NCBI GenBank assembly: GCA_012295275.1 | Contig: CM022678.1 | Coordinates: forward strand, 16,368,001 to 16,432,000 | Direction: 5' to 3' | DNA from: Chrysomallon squamiferum | Taxonomy: Eukaryota > Animalia > Mollusca | Length of the DNA: 64,000 nucleotides | In this document: one piece after another, positions 1-13,700 of the stretch | Position numbering within the stretch: position 1 is the first letter of the stretch | Layout of the letters: every line of letters starts with the position of its first letter | Notes under the pieces: model-generated | What the model saw: the letters and a program-made list of their open reading frames with translations, nothing else | Database searches by the model: none | Told to the model about the DNA's origin: nothing | Translations under genes and position numbers: made by a program

Positions 1-499
1 TTTTTTATTTGATTTGATTTTTGATTTTTTTTAGGGTTTGCTGATATAGTTTTAATGTTTATGTCATTTATTTTCTTTGTAAGTTAAAATCTTTTTAACT
101 GGCATTAGCAAAGAAACGTACCTCTATAGGTTTTTATTTTATATTATGTTGTGGTTCGGTTCTAAATGTATTTAGTAACCATCTTACCTCTGATATGCAG
201 GAGTAGAAAAGCTGTGATTTCATGATCAACATTTACAGATGTGCATTTATGTAGGTGTTTCCATAAAAAGGGCAGTGTATATGAAGATCTTTGACTAAGA
301 GCAGTACGAATAGGAAATTGCATAAATCACTGTTGCATAGCAATTAACATATTTGAGAAAATGGGAGTGTGGTCTTCTTTAGATTCAAAAATACTCACGT
401 ATTCTGTGATTTGTTATGTAATGTTAGTTTGTATTATATTATATATTTATATTATGTTATATATATATATATATACCATACTACCATATCATATCTTAT

Positions 500-795
500 T
501 TTATTTTAGTTTTGTTTACGTTACCTTAGTCTACTTTATTTTACTTCATTTTACTTCACTTTACCTCACTTTAGTCTACTCTGCTCTATTCTACTCTATT
601 CTACTCTACTCTACGTTATTTTACTTTATTTTAATCTGCTTTACTTTTCTTTATTTTACTTTAATCTACCTTTTTTTACTTTTGCTTTATTTTACTTTAA
701 TCTACTTTACTTTATTTTAATTTACTTTACTTTACTTTATTTTACTTTACTTTACTTTACTTTACTTTATATTACTTCACTTCACTTCACTTCAG
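500..795. repeat. Pentanucleotide microsatellite (TTTAC/CTATT/TTCAC)
   Basis: Visible degenerate 5-mer runs. Confidence 0.8.
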
Positions 796-845
796 TGTGT
801 TATGTATTTGCAGATTTTACACACTGAAGACTGTCAACTAGAGCT

Positions 846-1032
846 ATGGAGCTGGCTGTTTTACACACATCACTGTTTTGGCTGCTGCTGGCAGCAGTGC
901 TTCAGCCTGGCTCATCGGCCGCGACATCAGAGAAACACAAGTACTTCAAGCGCATGCCTCGCCAACAGAGGCATCGCAGTGAAAAACCAAACATCGTTTT
1001 AATCCTGACAGATGACCAGGATTTGTTGTTAG
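846..1032 (+). CDS. Sulf1: Sulf coding exon 1 (signal peptide, [17 protein letters not shown])
   Basis: ATG 846; acceptor TTTGCAG ending 813 implies an upstream non-coding exon; donor G|GTTAGT. Confidence 0.93.
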
Positions 1033-1179
1033 GTTAGTGTGTGTGTGTGTGTCTGTGTGTGTATAGCCGTTTGTGTAGCAGTGTGTGTGTGTCTGTGTGT
1101 GTGTCTGTGTGTGTATAGCCGTTTGTGTAGCAGTGTGTGTGTGTGTGTGTGTGTCTGTGTGTGTATAGCCGTTTGTGTA

Positions 1180-1213
<34 letters not shown>

Positions 1214-1333
1214 TGTCTGTGTGTGTATAGCCGTTTGTGTAGCAGTGTGTGTGTGTGTGTGTGTGTATAGCCGTTTGTGTAGCAGTGTGTGTGTGTGTGT
1301 GTGTGTGTCTGTGTGTGTATAGCCGTTTGTGTA

Positions 1334-1367
<34 letters not shown>

Positions 1368-1391
1368 TGTGTGTGTATAGCCGTTTGTGTA

Positions 1392-1429
<38 letters not shown>

Positions 1430-1441
1430 GCCGTTTGTGTA

Positions 1442-1492
<51 letters not shown>

Positions 1493-1504
1493 CCGCTTTG
1501 TGTA

Positions 1505-1540
<36 letters not shown>

Positions 1541-1674
1541 TGTGTGTATAGCCGTTTGTGTAGCAGTGTGTGTGTGTGTGTGTGTGTGTGTTTGTGTGTG
1601 TCTGTGTGTATAGCCGTTTGTGTAGCAGTGTGTGTGTGTGTGTGTTTGTCTGTGTGTGTATAGCCGTTTGTGTA

Positions 1675-1744
<70 letters not shown>

Positions 1745-1790
1745 GCCGTTTGTGTAGCAGTGTGTGTGTGTGTGTATAGCCGTTTGTGTA

Positions 1791-1832
<42 letters not shown>

Positions 1833-2154
1833 GCAGTGAGGGGTAAAGGTTGTAGATTTTTTTTTTTTTTTATCTATGTTTAATTAGGCAAGGGTTTTTA
1901 ATTTTTTTTAACTCAATTTAATTTCACTTTTTTAAATTGTATTTTATGTAACTATATCCTTTACCTATGTTTGTCTTTTTAGCTATATTTTATTTTAAGT
2001 TTTTTTTAAGATCTATTTCATAACTTTGTTTTATTTCATTATATTTTATTTAATTATATTCTATTTACTTTTATTTAACTGTATTTTATTTTATTTTAAA
2101 GCATTATACTTCAGTATATTGTTTTTTAACTACATCTCACTTGTTTAGTGTATG

Positions 2155-2185
<31 letters not shown>

Positions 2186-2188
2186 ATA

Positions 2189-2224
<36 letters not shown>

Positions 2225-5200
2225 ATTTAACTATACTTCAATTACTGAATTTTTTTTTTATACTGTTCCTTTTTAAACTATATTTTATTTAACTTTTTCA
2301 TTTTAAATTATTTTTAAACTGAGGTTTATTTAATTAAAACGTATCTATCTACACTCTGAAACTTCAGGATCTTTAAAAGTAATGCCAAAGCTGCGTCGAC
2401 TTCTGATTGACGAAGGTGTGACGATGAACAACTCCTTCGTCACCACGCCCATGTGCTGCCCCTCCCGCAGCTCCATTCTGACAGGAATGTACCCTCACAA
2501 CCACAACGTCTACACCAACAACGACAACTGTTCATCGGTGATGTGGCGCAAAGAGCACGAACCTCATGTGTTCTCCACCTACCTCAGCGACGCTGGCTAC
2601 CGCACAGGTACGTCCTGGCTTTTTCTTTCAAGTTCTGGATCTTGTTGATGTGTGTGTGTTGTGTGTATTATGTGCATTTTAATTGAAAATGTGTAAATTA
2701 CAAAATTAAAGATGTGTATTAACACACAAAACAAAAAAAAATACCCATCTCGTTTACATATGCACACGTACTGGTCCAGATCGATTCACACACGCATGCA
2801 TGCGCACATGCAGGTACACAAACCCATGCATAGTTTTTACTGTATTTTTCAATTTCATCATATTTATCAGAATAATTCTGTTGCTGTGGCATATAAATAT
2901 ATAACAGTATAACAACAGTAACACATTTTTTATATAGATAGATAGATAGACATAGAGACACAGACAGACAGACAGACATATATATATAGATTGACAGAAA
3001 AACAAAAATTCATTTCAAGATTTATTTTTCTTTATTATTAGTATTATTAATATTATTATTATTATTATTATTTTTTTTTTTTTGATGTAAATTTGATTTT
3101 TGTTTTGTTTTACCTGTTTCAGGGTTTTTTGGCAAATATTTGAATGAATATGATGGATCGTACATCCCACCAGGGTGGAAGGAGTGGGTGGGACTTATCA
3201 GAAACTCCCGCTTCTACAACTACACCGTCAACTTCAATGGAATGAAGGTAAAACACGGCGACAACTACTACAAAGACTACCTAACCGATCTCATCGCCAA
3301 CGACAGCGTTACCTTTCTAAAACAAAGCAAACAGTATTACCCAAGCCGGTATGTCTGAAATTCAGTTTAGTAATGAGTCATAATTTGTATTTGTAAACAG
3401 ATTATATAATTATATGTATATATATATATAAATGTATATTTTTTTATATATTTTTAAACACAACAGTATTATTATAATCAAAATTATTTTGTTATTTTTT
3501 TATCAATTTAATTTCATTTTATGATCAGTATTTTATGTTATAAAAAAGATATATATCTATATATAATCATCTGAATTTCTGTTTTAAAGGAAATTAAGAT
3601 TTCCTAGCATTTTCAGAACTTTTAAATTTTATATTTTGTTAGTTTGCATTTAGTTTTTGATCTTGATGAAGGTAATTTATTTGTGTCAATTTGAAAAATA
3701 AAACATAACCTTCATCAGCAAAGTTAAATATGATAGAGGAAAAAAATAAAATCATTATTATTTTCAGTGGACAGTTCAACTAGAGCTCTTCAACTGTTTT
3801 ATCAAATACTATTTTTTAAATGAGCAAGGTTTATTATTAATTTTTATGCAATTTATTCTTGATACTATTTATAGACCTGTGTTAATGGTATTAAGTACAC
3901 CAGCACCCCATGGCCCAGAGGATGCAGCACCCCAGTATCAACACATGTTTGTCAACAATACTGACCATCAGTAAGTCTAGTTCAAAAGATAAATAAGTAA
4001 GTCTAGTTCAAAAGATACAGTAAGTAAGTCTAGTTCAAAAGATAAATAAGTAAGTCTGGTTCAAACGATAAATCAGTAAGTCTGGTTCAAAAGATAATTA
4101 AATAAGTCTAGTTCAAAAGATACAGTAAATCCAGTTCAAAGGGTAAATCAGTAAGTCTAGGTCAAAGGATAAATCAGCAAGTCTAGATCAAAGGGTAAAT
4201 CAGTAAGCCTAGTACAAAAGGTAAATCAGTAAGTCTAGTACAAAAGGTAAACCATTAAGTCTAGTATAAAAGATAAATCAGTAAGTCTAGTCCAAAAGGT
4301 AAATTAGTAAGGCTAGTATTAAAGGTAAAGCAGTAAGTCTAGTTCAAATGGTAAATCAGTAAGTCTAGTTCAAAAGGTAAATCAGTAAGTCTAGTTCAAA
4401 AGGTAAATCAGTAAGTCTAGTTCAAAAGGTAAATCAGTAAGTCTAGTTCAAAAGGTAAATCAGTAAGTCTAGTCCAACAGGTAAATAAGCAAGTCTGGTT
4501 CAAAAGATAAATAATGTCTAGTTCAAAAGGTAAATCAGTAAGTCTAGTCAGTAAGTAGTACAAAAGGTAAATCAGCAAGTCTAGTCCAAAAGGTAAATAA
4601 GTAAGTCTGGTTCAAAAGATAAATAGTAAGTCTAGTACAAAAGTAAATCAGTAAGTAGTACAAAAGTTAAATCAGTAAGTCTAGTTCAAAAGGCAAATCA
4701 GTAAGTCTAGTTCAAAAGGTAATTGAGTATGTGTGATTCAGAAAATAAATAGCAAACCAAATAACAACTTTCCCAAAACCTGAGTAAGTTTCCGTTTTTA
4801 ATTATAGATTTGTTATTATTATTATTATCACTAATTTGTGATTAGTGTTCTAGCTGAAGCGATAGATAAAACATAATATTATAAACAACACTGAATTATT
4901 AAATAATGCGAGTAATTAATATGAAAATTTTTTAATAATCAGGTAAGTCAGGTTTTAAAAATTGTTTAATCGGGATAAATTAAAAATAAAGTTTATAAGC
5001 CTCTGTTAACACAATGTGTTCTGAGATAATCAGATATTAAATCTAGTATTAAACGAGAGATAACAATGGTTCCTGGTTTAAAGTTTCTGTAGCTGAGCCA
5101 TGAAATACATGTAAGGCAAGTAAAGTGGGTATTAAAATAAAATTGGTGTAGAGACTGATTATTTGTGCAGTATTGTTGAAACCCATCCATCAGGTTTTAT

Positions 5201-5430
5201 AAGGTGGACTGAATTTCTTACTTTAAATAGGTTTAATGATGCGTATTATGTAAGGAAATACTAGATGAAGTAACAACATTAATGACAATAACAGGGGTGT
5301 TGTAGGAATTAATTCAACTAGAAAAATAATCTGTAGAAAATGTTGATGCAAAAATTTCAGGGCTTGGGAATATGTTTAAAGTTGTCTGTTACAATAGTAA
5401 CAACAGTGATAATAATGATTATAATAATAA

Positions 5431-5481
<51 letters not shown>

Positions 5482-6067
5482 TAATAATAATATTCAATAA
5501 TAATAATAATAATAATAACAATAACAGTAATACAACTACTAATAATAGTAATAATAGTAGTAATAACTAGCTAATAATAATGATTATGATGATGATAATA
5601 ATAAGAATATATATATAATAATAGAACATTAATAGAATACTGACAAAGTTACAGTGATAATTTTAAACATTTAAACAGTATGACTAAGGAAATACCAACA
5701 CCATACACATTCAAATATTCATTTATTTATAAAAAAAAAAAAAAAAAATTAAATTTTTTTTTTGTCCTTTCATAGCACTCCATCCTGGAATTACGCTCCA
5801 AACCCAGACAAGCAGTGGTTGCTGCAGATAACAGACCCAATGGCGCCATTGCACAAGAAATTCACCAACCTGCTGCAGCGGCGCCGACTACAGACCCTGC
5901 AGTCTGTGGATGACCTCGTTGAAAAGGTGTTGATTTTATAGACGTCATTAAAAACATTTTGTTTATTTAGAAAAAGACATCTCGTGACGCTGTATTTTCA
6001 CAGTGGTGAAAGACCTTTTTAGATTCTTTATTATTATTTTTTTTCAATAATATTTGTTAATATGTAT

Positions 6068-6115
<48 letters not shown>

Positions 6116-6223
6116 CTCGTCTAATGATGAAAAACAATATGATATAATTAAAATTTAACATTAAAAAAGATCAGCTGAAACTGTTTTATCAGTATTTTTT
6201 ATAATTACCAAATTTGTTTATTT

Positions 6224-6281
<58 letters not shown>

Positions 6282-7663
6282 CTCTCTTCCACATAATATT
6301 TTTCACTTCAGGTGTACAATGAGCTGAAATTACTGGGAGAACTAGACAACACTTACATAATCTACACATCAGATCACGGCTACCATCTTGGTCAGTATGG
6401 ACTTGTAAAAGGAAAAGCGATGCCGTACGAGTTCGATGTTCACGTTCCACTCATAATCAGAGGTCCAAACATCCAGCCGAAAAGTTTGTAAGTCATACAA
6501 AATAGTTCGAATAATTTAATTAAAATCTGCCTAATATAATTAGTGAAAATAAATCTTTGTTGAATGAGTTACTCAGTAAAAGAACCGATTTAAGTACTGG
6601 GATTTGTAACAATTTAAACATTTTAAAACAATAACATTTGTCACTCAGTGAGAATTAAGTAGTGGCATTAGTCTCGCATAAAGATTTCAGTTAAAATGAG
6701 TTGACAATGAAACAGTTTAAATAATGGAATTTGTCATGCATAAAGCAACAACAGAATTAGTCTGATACAGTTTTAAATAACAGGTTTAGCAAAGAATAAA
6801 GCTTTTAAAATTGTGGATCATTCATTCATAAAGATTTATAATAACGGAATTCCGATTCAATTAAAGATTTAAATCCTGGTATAAAGAATTCTGTAGCTAT
6901 GTTGAATTTATCGAAACCGTTTCTTTGTACTACCAAAATGTATCCTTTGAATTTTTGTTTGTGTTAGAAAACAGCACAATAAAAATTGTTGCTTGTTTCA
7001 TTGAGTATATTGCAGATTAAACAACATCGTCATCAATGTCGACCTGGCAGCAACAATCCTCGACATTGCTGGCCTGGACATCCCAACACATGTAGATGGA
7101 CGCTCGATTCTTAAACTGATCAAAGCTTCCAAAGACCCTGCCAAGTAATACCTTTTCTTTTTGTGTTTTTACTCTTTTGTTATGCATGAATAGGTTTTAC
7201 ATCTTTGTATTTTCTGTGTGAGAGAACGTCCATTAGTTTTGAATTATTATATGTATATATATATATATACATATATACATATACGTATGTATGTATTTGA
7301 TGATGCCAGTATGCTGTGAACAGTTTTACTTTTTACACGCTGTTTATATCACAGGTCCATCTGTGTCACTTCTCTGGTCGTAGTAATCAAAACAGATTCA
7401 CCCATTTTTAATGTCCCTTAAAAAAATATTTCGTTTAAATAATCATCAAAAATCATAAATTTCATAATAATGTCTGGTTATATAGTGACGACCTTAAAAA
7501 CAATAAAAATAACAAGAAGAAGAACAAGAACAGTAACCACAAAAAACAAAAACAAACCCACATCAACAACAAAATGCAGTTATCCTTGCGTTCTTAATAT
7601 TTCAAACACACACACACACAAAGAAAAATGTGTGTGTATGTATATATGTATACACGTGTGTGA

Positions 7664-7705
<42 letters not shown>

Positions 7706-10700
7706 GCTGCTTGTGTGTGTCTATATGATTTTCTTTTGGGTTTTTTCAGTGTGGACAGTAATCATTTTGTGAAGACTAAAAAGGTTATGAGGGATACAGT
7801 GCTGTTGGAAAGAGGGTTTGATATGAATTTACTTACATTTATAAAAAATACATAAACTTACAATTCATTTGTTACAAATTACATTCAGTATTTATTTACA
7901 TAGTTAAAGAAATCTGTTTAAAATACCTATCTTAATTTCATTGTGTGTTAGTACCTAGCAAGCTAATACCTATACGACCTATCAAAATTTATTTATTTTC
8001 TTCTATACTCTAAATGTATATCTGTCTGTATGTCTACCTACCTACCTACCACCTGGGTTTTTTTGGATAAATTATTTATTTATTTCAGTAACATTTGCAA
8101 CAAACGTTGAAATATTTCTTCTTAATAAATGAAAGCTTTTTCTTTTTTTTTTCAAACGTGTCTCTACAATAACAAATATTTAAAATAAGTATTAATATAT
8201 ATTTACCCACATTTTTGCAGTCGTAGTATTACTGTTTTGACGTGAGAGAGAATAGGTAAATGGTAAAATGTTTTTCAGAAAAGTGACGTCGAAACAGCTG
8301 AAGGTGCAGATGCGCAAAGAAAAGAATCAGTTCTGGTTGACAGGCGGCCTCGACTGGTACATGCCGAAGATGGTGAGAAAACGGGAGGAATGCAAGAAAA
8401 CAGATTTCCAGCTTCCTTGTAAACCACGCCAAGTAAGAGACACCGAACTGTGGGTCACGTGACGTGTGTTTATTTAAACAAATATCGTCAAGTTGTTTTT
8501 TACCAGAGCCCTTCTGGCCTCGTTTAAAGACCAATGCAGAAATGTTAAAATATTTATCGGTGTTTTATTTTTTTTTGTTATAAAAATTATAAAAATTATA
8601 AAAAAAGAGTGAATTATATTTTTTGTTATTAAATTATATTAACGTGAATTATATTTTTTATTATTAAATTATATTGGAGTGAATTAAATTTATTATTAAA
8701 TTATATTAGTGTGAATTATATATTTATTTATTAAATTATATTACAGAGAATTACATTGTTATTATTAAATTATATTAGAGTGAATTATATTTTTGTTTAT
8801 TAAATTATATTAGAATTAATTATAATTTTTATTACTAAATTATATTAGAGTGAATTACATTTTTTATTACTAAATTATGTTAGCCCTTTTTTCAGTTGCA
8901 TAAGATGTATTAAATTAAAAGATTTATCAAATATTTTATATCTTATGTCTGTCTGTATGTTAAATCATACATACAATGTTCAGTGATAAATCACCATGTA
9001 ACAGACAAATAGGCATGGTTATAAATCATATTAAAATGGAATGTAAAAATAATGTTGAAACTAATTATTAGTATTAGTATTAATTCACACCAGATATACA
9101 TTTAAATTTAAAAAAAAGAAAAATTAATAATAATAATAATAATAATAAAGTGAAAAAAAAACATTTCTACCAAATTTTTAGTTTTAAATATAAAAAAATA
9201 TATGCAGTTATTAAAGATAATTAAATCTGTAATAGGTATAGATTTCTGAAATGGCTGAAAGCACTTTATGCTCATAATTAAGTTGTGTTTTTAAAAAAAA
9301 ACTCATATTTTTTATTTATCAAAAAATCTAAAGAGTATGTGTGTCTGCGTGTGTGTGTGTGTGTGTGTTAGCCATGTTAATATTTAAATATAACATAAAT
9401 GTCACGTTTTATTTACATCAGCATATTATTTTATTTTTACTTTTATTTATGATAATTGTATTTATATATATATACACACACACACACAGACACACACACA
9501 CACACATACACACATATATATATAAAGTAAACAAAAACTATTTTATCTTCAGAAATGGTTTTGCACTATGCAGAGTGGAGGAAGATACAAGAAACAAAAA
9601 TGTAGAGGCAAATCAAACCCCAAACCTGTTGTCCAGCAGGATGAGCCCTCCCCATGTGACTGTAACAACCAATCAAAAAAAATCAACAGACAGGAGAGGA
9701 AGAAACAAAGAAAATTCATACGAGATCATGTGAAAAACGGTAAAGGTGAGAAGTATAATATTTCAGGTAGAAATGTTGTCTCTCGCTCTCTCTGATGAGT
9801 AGAAAACACAAAGTTACCTGAATCAGTTTCTCACATTTGTTTATTTATTTATTTATTCAGTTATTTACATTTCTATTTTATTTTATATATTACATTATTC
9901 ATTATTATTGGTGTTACTGTTATTACAGCTACTATTACTACTTCTGCTACTGCTGCAACTATTACTACTGCTAATTATGCTGCTAAGCAATATCACTGTT
10001 ATTATTATTATTAACATTTATTATAGTTAATAATTATAAAATGTCTATTTAATTTTTCCTTTTATCACAAACATTTTAATTTTAATTTTATATATTTCAA
10101 AAATTACTATTTGTTGTTTTATTCACTTCTGCTTACTTGCTGTTAATTAAGACATAACTCTAAAATAAGCAGAACTAAATGGAGGTACATGCCAGGTTGT
10201 ATGGGTCTTTATTTTCATTGTATATGCTTACATATTTGAATTTTTTTAATTATTAATTCGGTATTGTTTTTGTTGGTTTCAGATATAAGCATAAAGTTTC
10301 TGCGAAACAAGAGATCGATAAGTGCATTAGGGTATGATAACACTGATGCTATTCATTTAAAAATGTCCTCAACAAACACTGGATTTGGAGGTAAAGGCAG
10401 TGGTAACAGCTTGGTGGTTAAATCCTTCAGTCACTCTCGTACATAGACTCCTGTATACATAAACACATGCACATGTATGGCCATACTACAGACACACACG
10501 CAAAACAAACAGAGATAAATAGACACAGACACACACACATGCAGACGCACACACCCAAACATACTCATTAAAGGAGTTAGATTATTAATTTATGATCAAA
10601 CTTAAGATTAATTATTGAGTTTTTTAAAATGTGAAATATTTAAATAAATCCATATTTTTTCACACTTTGATACATTTTTAACAGAAGACGATACTAAACA

Positions 10701-13700
10701 TTAATTATCAATTTATTTATTTTTTTGTGTGTGAAATTATATCTTTAAATAAATATTTATTTTCAGTATTTGACAATTACGATCGACGTTGTCGAGTTCT
10801 ACCAAATGGCACAATATCCTGCGACCAACAGCTGTATAAAGATCCTTTTGCTTGGAAAAACCATAAAGAAGTTTTAGATGACATGATTCTAGAATACAGA
10901 AAATTTCTAGAGGATCTGAGGGTAAATTTCTTTTCTATTCTAATAAAAACATACTTATTTACTTTATTCTGATTAAAAAACATTACTTGTTGGTGATATA
11001 AATAATTTTTTTTACAATGGAACCTTGGGTTAAGAACGCCTCAAAGCAAAAACAAATCGGATTACGAACTGAGATCAGGGCAATTTTTGTCTGTGTTTAC
11101 GAATAATGTCCCGAGTTATGAACTACAGTGATGCATCATGACAAGCTTTCTCTTAACCTAAGTTTAGATGTAAACATCTAGTAAAGAAAAGAATAGATGC
11201 TTACGTCAAAACCAAGGACAGAGTAAGGATTATAGGCATGCCCTATAGCAAATACATATCATGAATTAAGGCCTTTAGTCTTCGATACGCAGTTGCAGCT
11301 CAATAGCTTTTGCACTGAGATTGTGCGCTCGCATTTTCAAGTGTTGCTGGTTTTATGTTTATATATTTTTTTCATAAACTATCCAATATGGCACCCAACA
11401 AAAGAAAAAGTGAAAGTGACAATGCTGGTGGAAAGTGTAAACGTATCGCAGTGGACTCTACTACTGAGTAGAGGTTAAGAAAGAAGTAACATGAGAGTAG
11501 TGTTCGTGTGTCTTACGTCGCTTCGGTTTACGAACCGAATTCTGTAACAAACTTAAGTTCATAACCCGCGGTTTCACTGTACTTCCACTTTATTATTTTA
11601 TTGCTTTAAACGATTTTGTCATCACACATAACATGTAATTTGAATGTAGCTATTTTATATTACCCATGGGGAAAAAAATGGCGTTGTGATTTCATCACAT
11701 ATCTGACTGGCTGATAGCTTTATTTTATTTTATTTTTTACTGAAAACACTGGAAGAAGCTTTGCAGCACTGGTCCATCCTAAAGAATAGGGGCAGAGAAA
11801 AATGGCAGCAACTAATTATTAAACTGTATTTTTTCATCTTATATGTCATTTAAATTTTCTGAGGGAGTTGTTTGAGCGCATCCTCATTTCATCGGCATGA
11901 AAGTTGTTGAAGAAGAGAAGGAAATGTGCAATATTAAGTGAGAAAATTAGCAGCAGAGATTTCTTTTATAATGTTTGTTTTCAGACACAATCATTACAAT
12001 TCAAAATTCCTTGAAAATGTAAGCTGCTTTGTCTTAAAAACTTTTATTTTACATAAACTACAAATTTTAATTTTCAGCAACCCATGTTCCTTTTTTGCCA
12101 TCACTTAAAACTTTAAAAAAATAAAAAATAAAATATATTTTACAGTGCTCATCAAGAGAAAGACAGAAAGAACAACAATTATATCTTGGTTAATTCTAAA
12201 ATAGGATTTGACTTTTTGCTTCAAAGTTAAGATGAATTAGTATTTGAAACTGACCCAAAAATCAGTTTGAAATATTGTAAGAATCTAAAGAAAGATATTA
12301 AATGGTTATCTGCCCTTGTTTGAATCGGGTAAAAGAAAAACATTAACACTCTTGCTCAAGCTCACCTTTTCTCTAGTTCTTCATTAATTGCAGTTACCTC
12401 CCCTGCAGCTATTTTAATAATACTTTCTAGTTAAAGAATTTGTTAAATAATTTTCAGTGTTTTGCTTACAGTTAAGTCAAACAATCACAGATTAATATCT
12501 GAAATGTTTTGTTACATTTCCATGATATTCTAAATTCATTCTACAGGATTTTTTCTTTTTTTTCTTGTTTTTTTTTCTCAGATTTCACTCTGTAATAAAA
12601 AAAAAAAAAAAAAAAAAAAAAGGTGCATTTCACTAAGATTCTTTATAGTTTTAATTTAATTTAAAATTTTTCTTTCTCTTGATATGGATGAAATTTATAA
12701 TTTCAGGACATCAGACGCCATTTAAAAAAGAAGAAACCAAGTGAGACGGTGGAAATAGACGGTTTCAGAATAGACAGAAATGAAAACAGAGACTGCAACT
12801 GTGATAAAAATAATGTTATAAGGTAAAAATCATCACTAACTGTTCTAGTCTTTCTGTTAATATATAAATAGTACACAAGTCAATAGTGATGTTAAAAATC
12901 CATTGATTTTGTAACCAGATAATAGTAAAATATTGAGATATAATTTACACAGATGTTTTTTTTTTTACTTTGCCACTCTTTTACATTACCATTCATTGAA
13001 TATTCAGCTGATTTTTATATTCAGTACATAACTGATTTTAAACTTTTATTAAAGATTTTCTTTTTTAATAACACGTTTTATAAAATGTTACCTGTTTAAA
13101 GCAGCATAATGTACTGTATTTTAATGAATATCTTTTTATTAATTTACCTTGCTAACTACAATTCATAATTTTGCATAGCCATAAACCTTTTAATTTAAAC
13201 TGTATATGTGTGTGTGTGTGTGTGGGTGTGTGGGTGGGTGTGGGTGTGTTCACTTATTTATGCTAAATAACACAAGTAACAAATATAATTGTTTTCTGAG
13301 GCAATGCAGTTGTGTACTGTGATGTCATAAAATTCACTTTTCATACAATTTACGTTAATATGACACATGATACAAATATAACTCTATACTGAGATATCCT
13401 AAAACAAATACATTTCTTATCATGAGAAATTATTTTATCATTTTTGAATTTTTTTATATTTTTTATTATTATTATTATTTGCAGTAGAAAATATAGTGTT
13501 ATAAAAGCCTTTTCTTACAATAACATAATAATTTATCATTTATAATTATATCCTTTTGTTTTTCTCAGTAGAAATACAGCCATGATTAAAAACCCTTTTC
13601 TTATCAAAATGTTAATTTGTTATTTATTCTTATTTTTCGATCGTTCTCCGCAGAAAACACAGTGTGATAAAACCAGCCAAGATAGAGAGGATGAGGAAAC

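Noticed and set aside
361-1779. Hydrophobic and Cys-Val ORFs
   Set aside because: Microsatellite translations, except 846-1032.
13480-13615. Two degenerate copies resembling the exon 14 acceptor region
   Set aside because: Weak AT-rich similarity, no donors, no open module.
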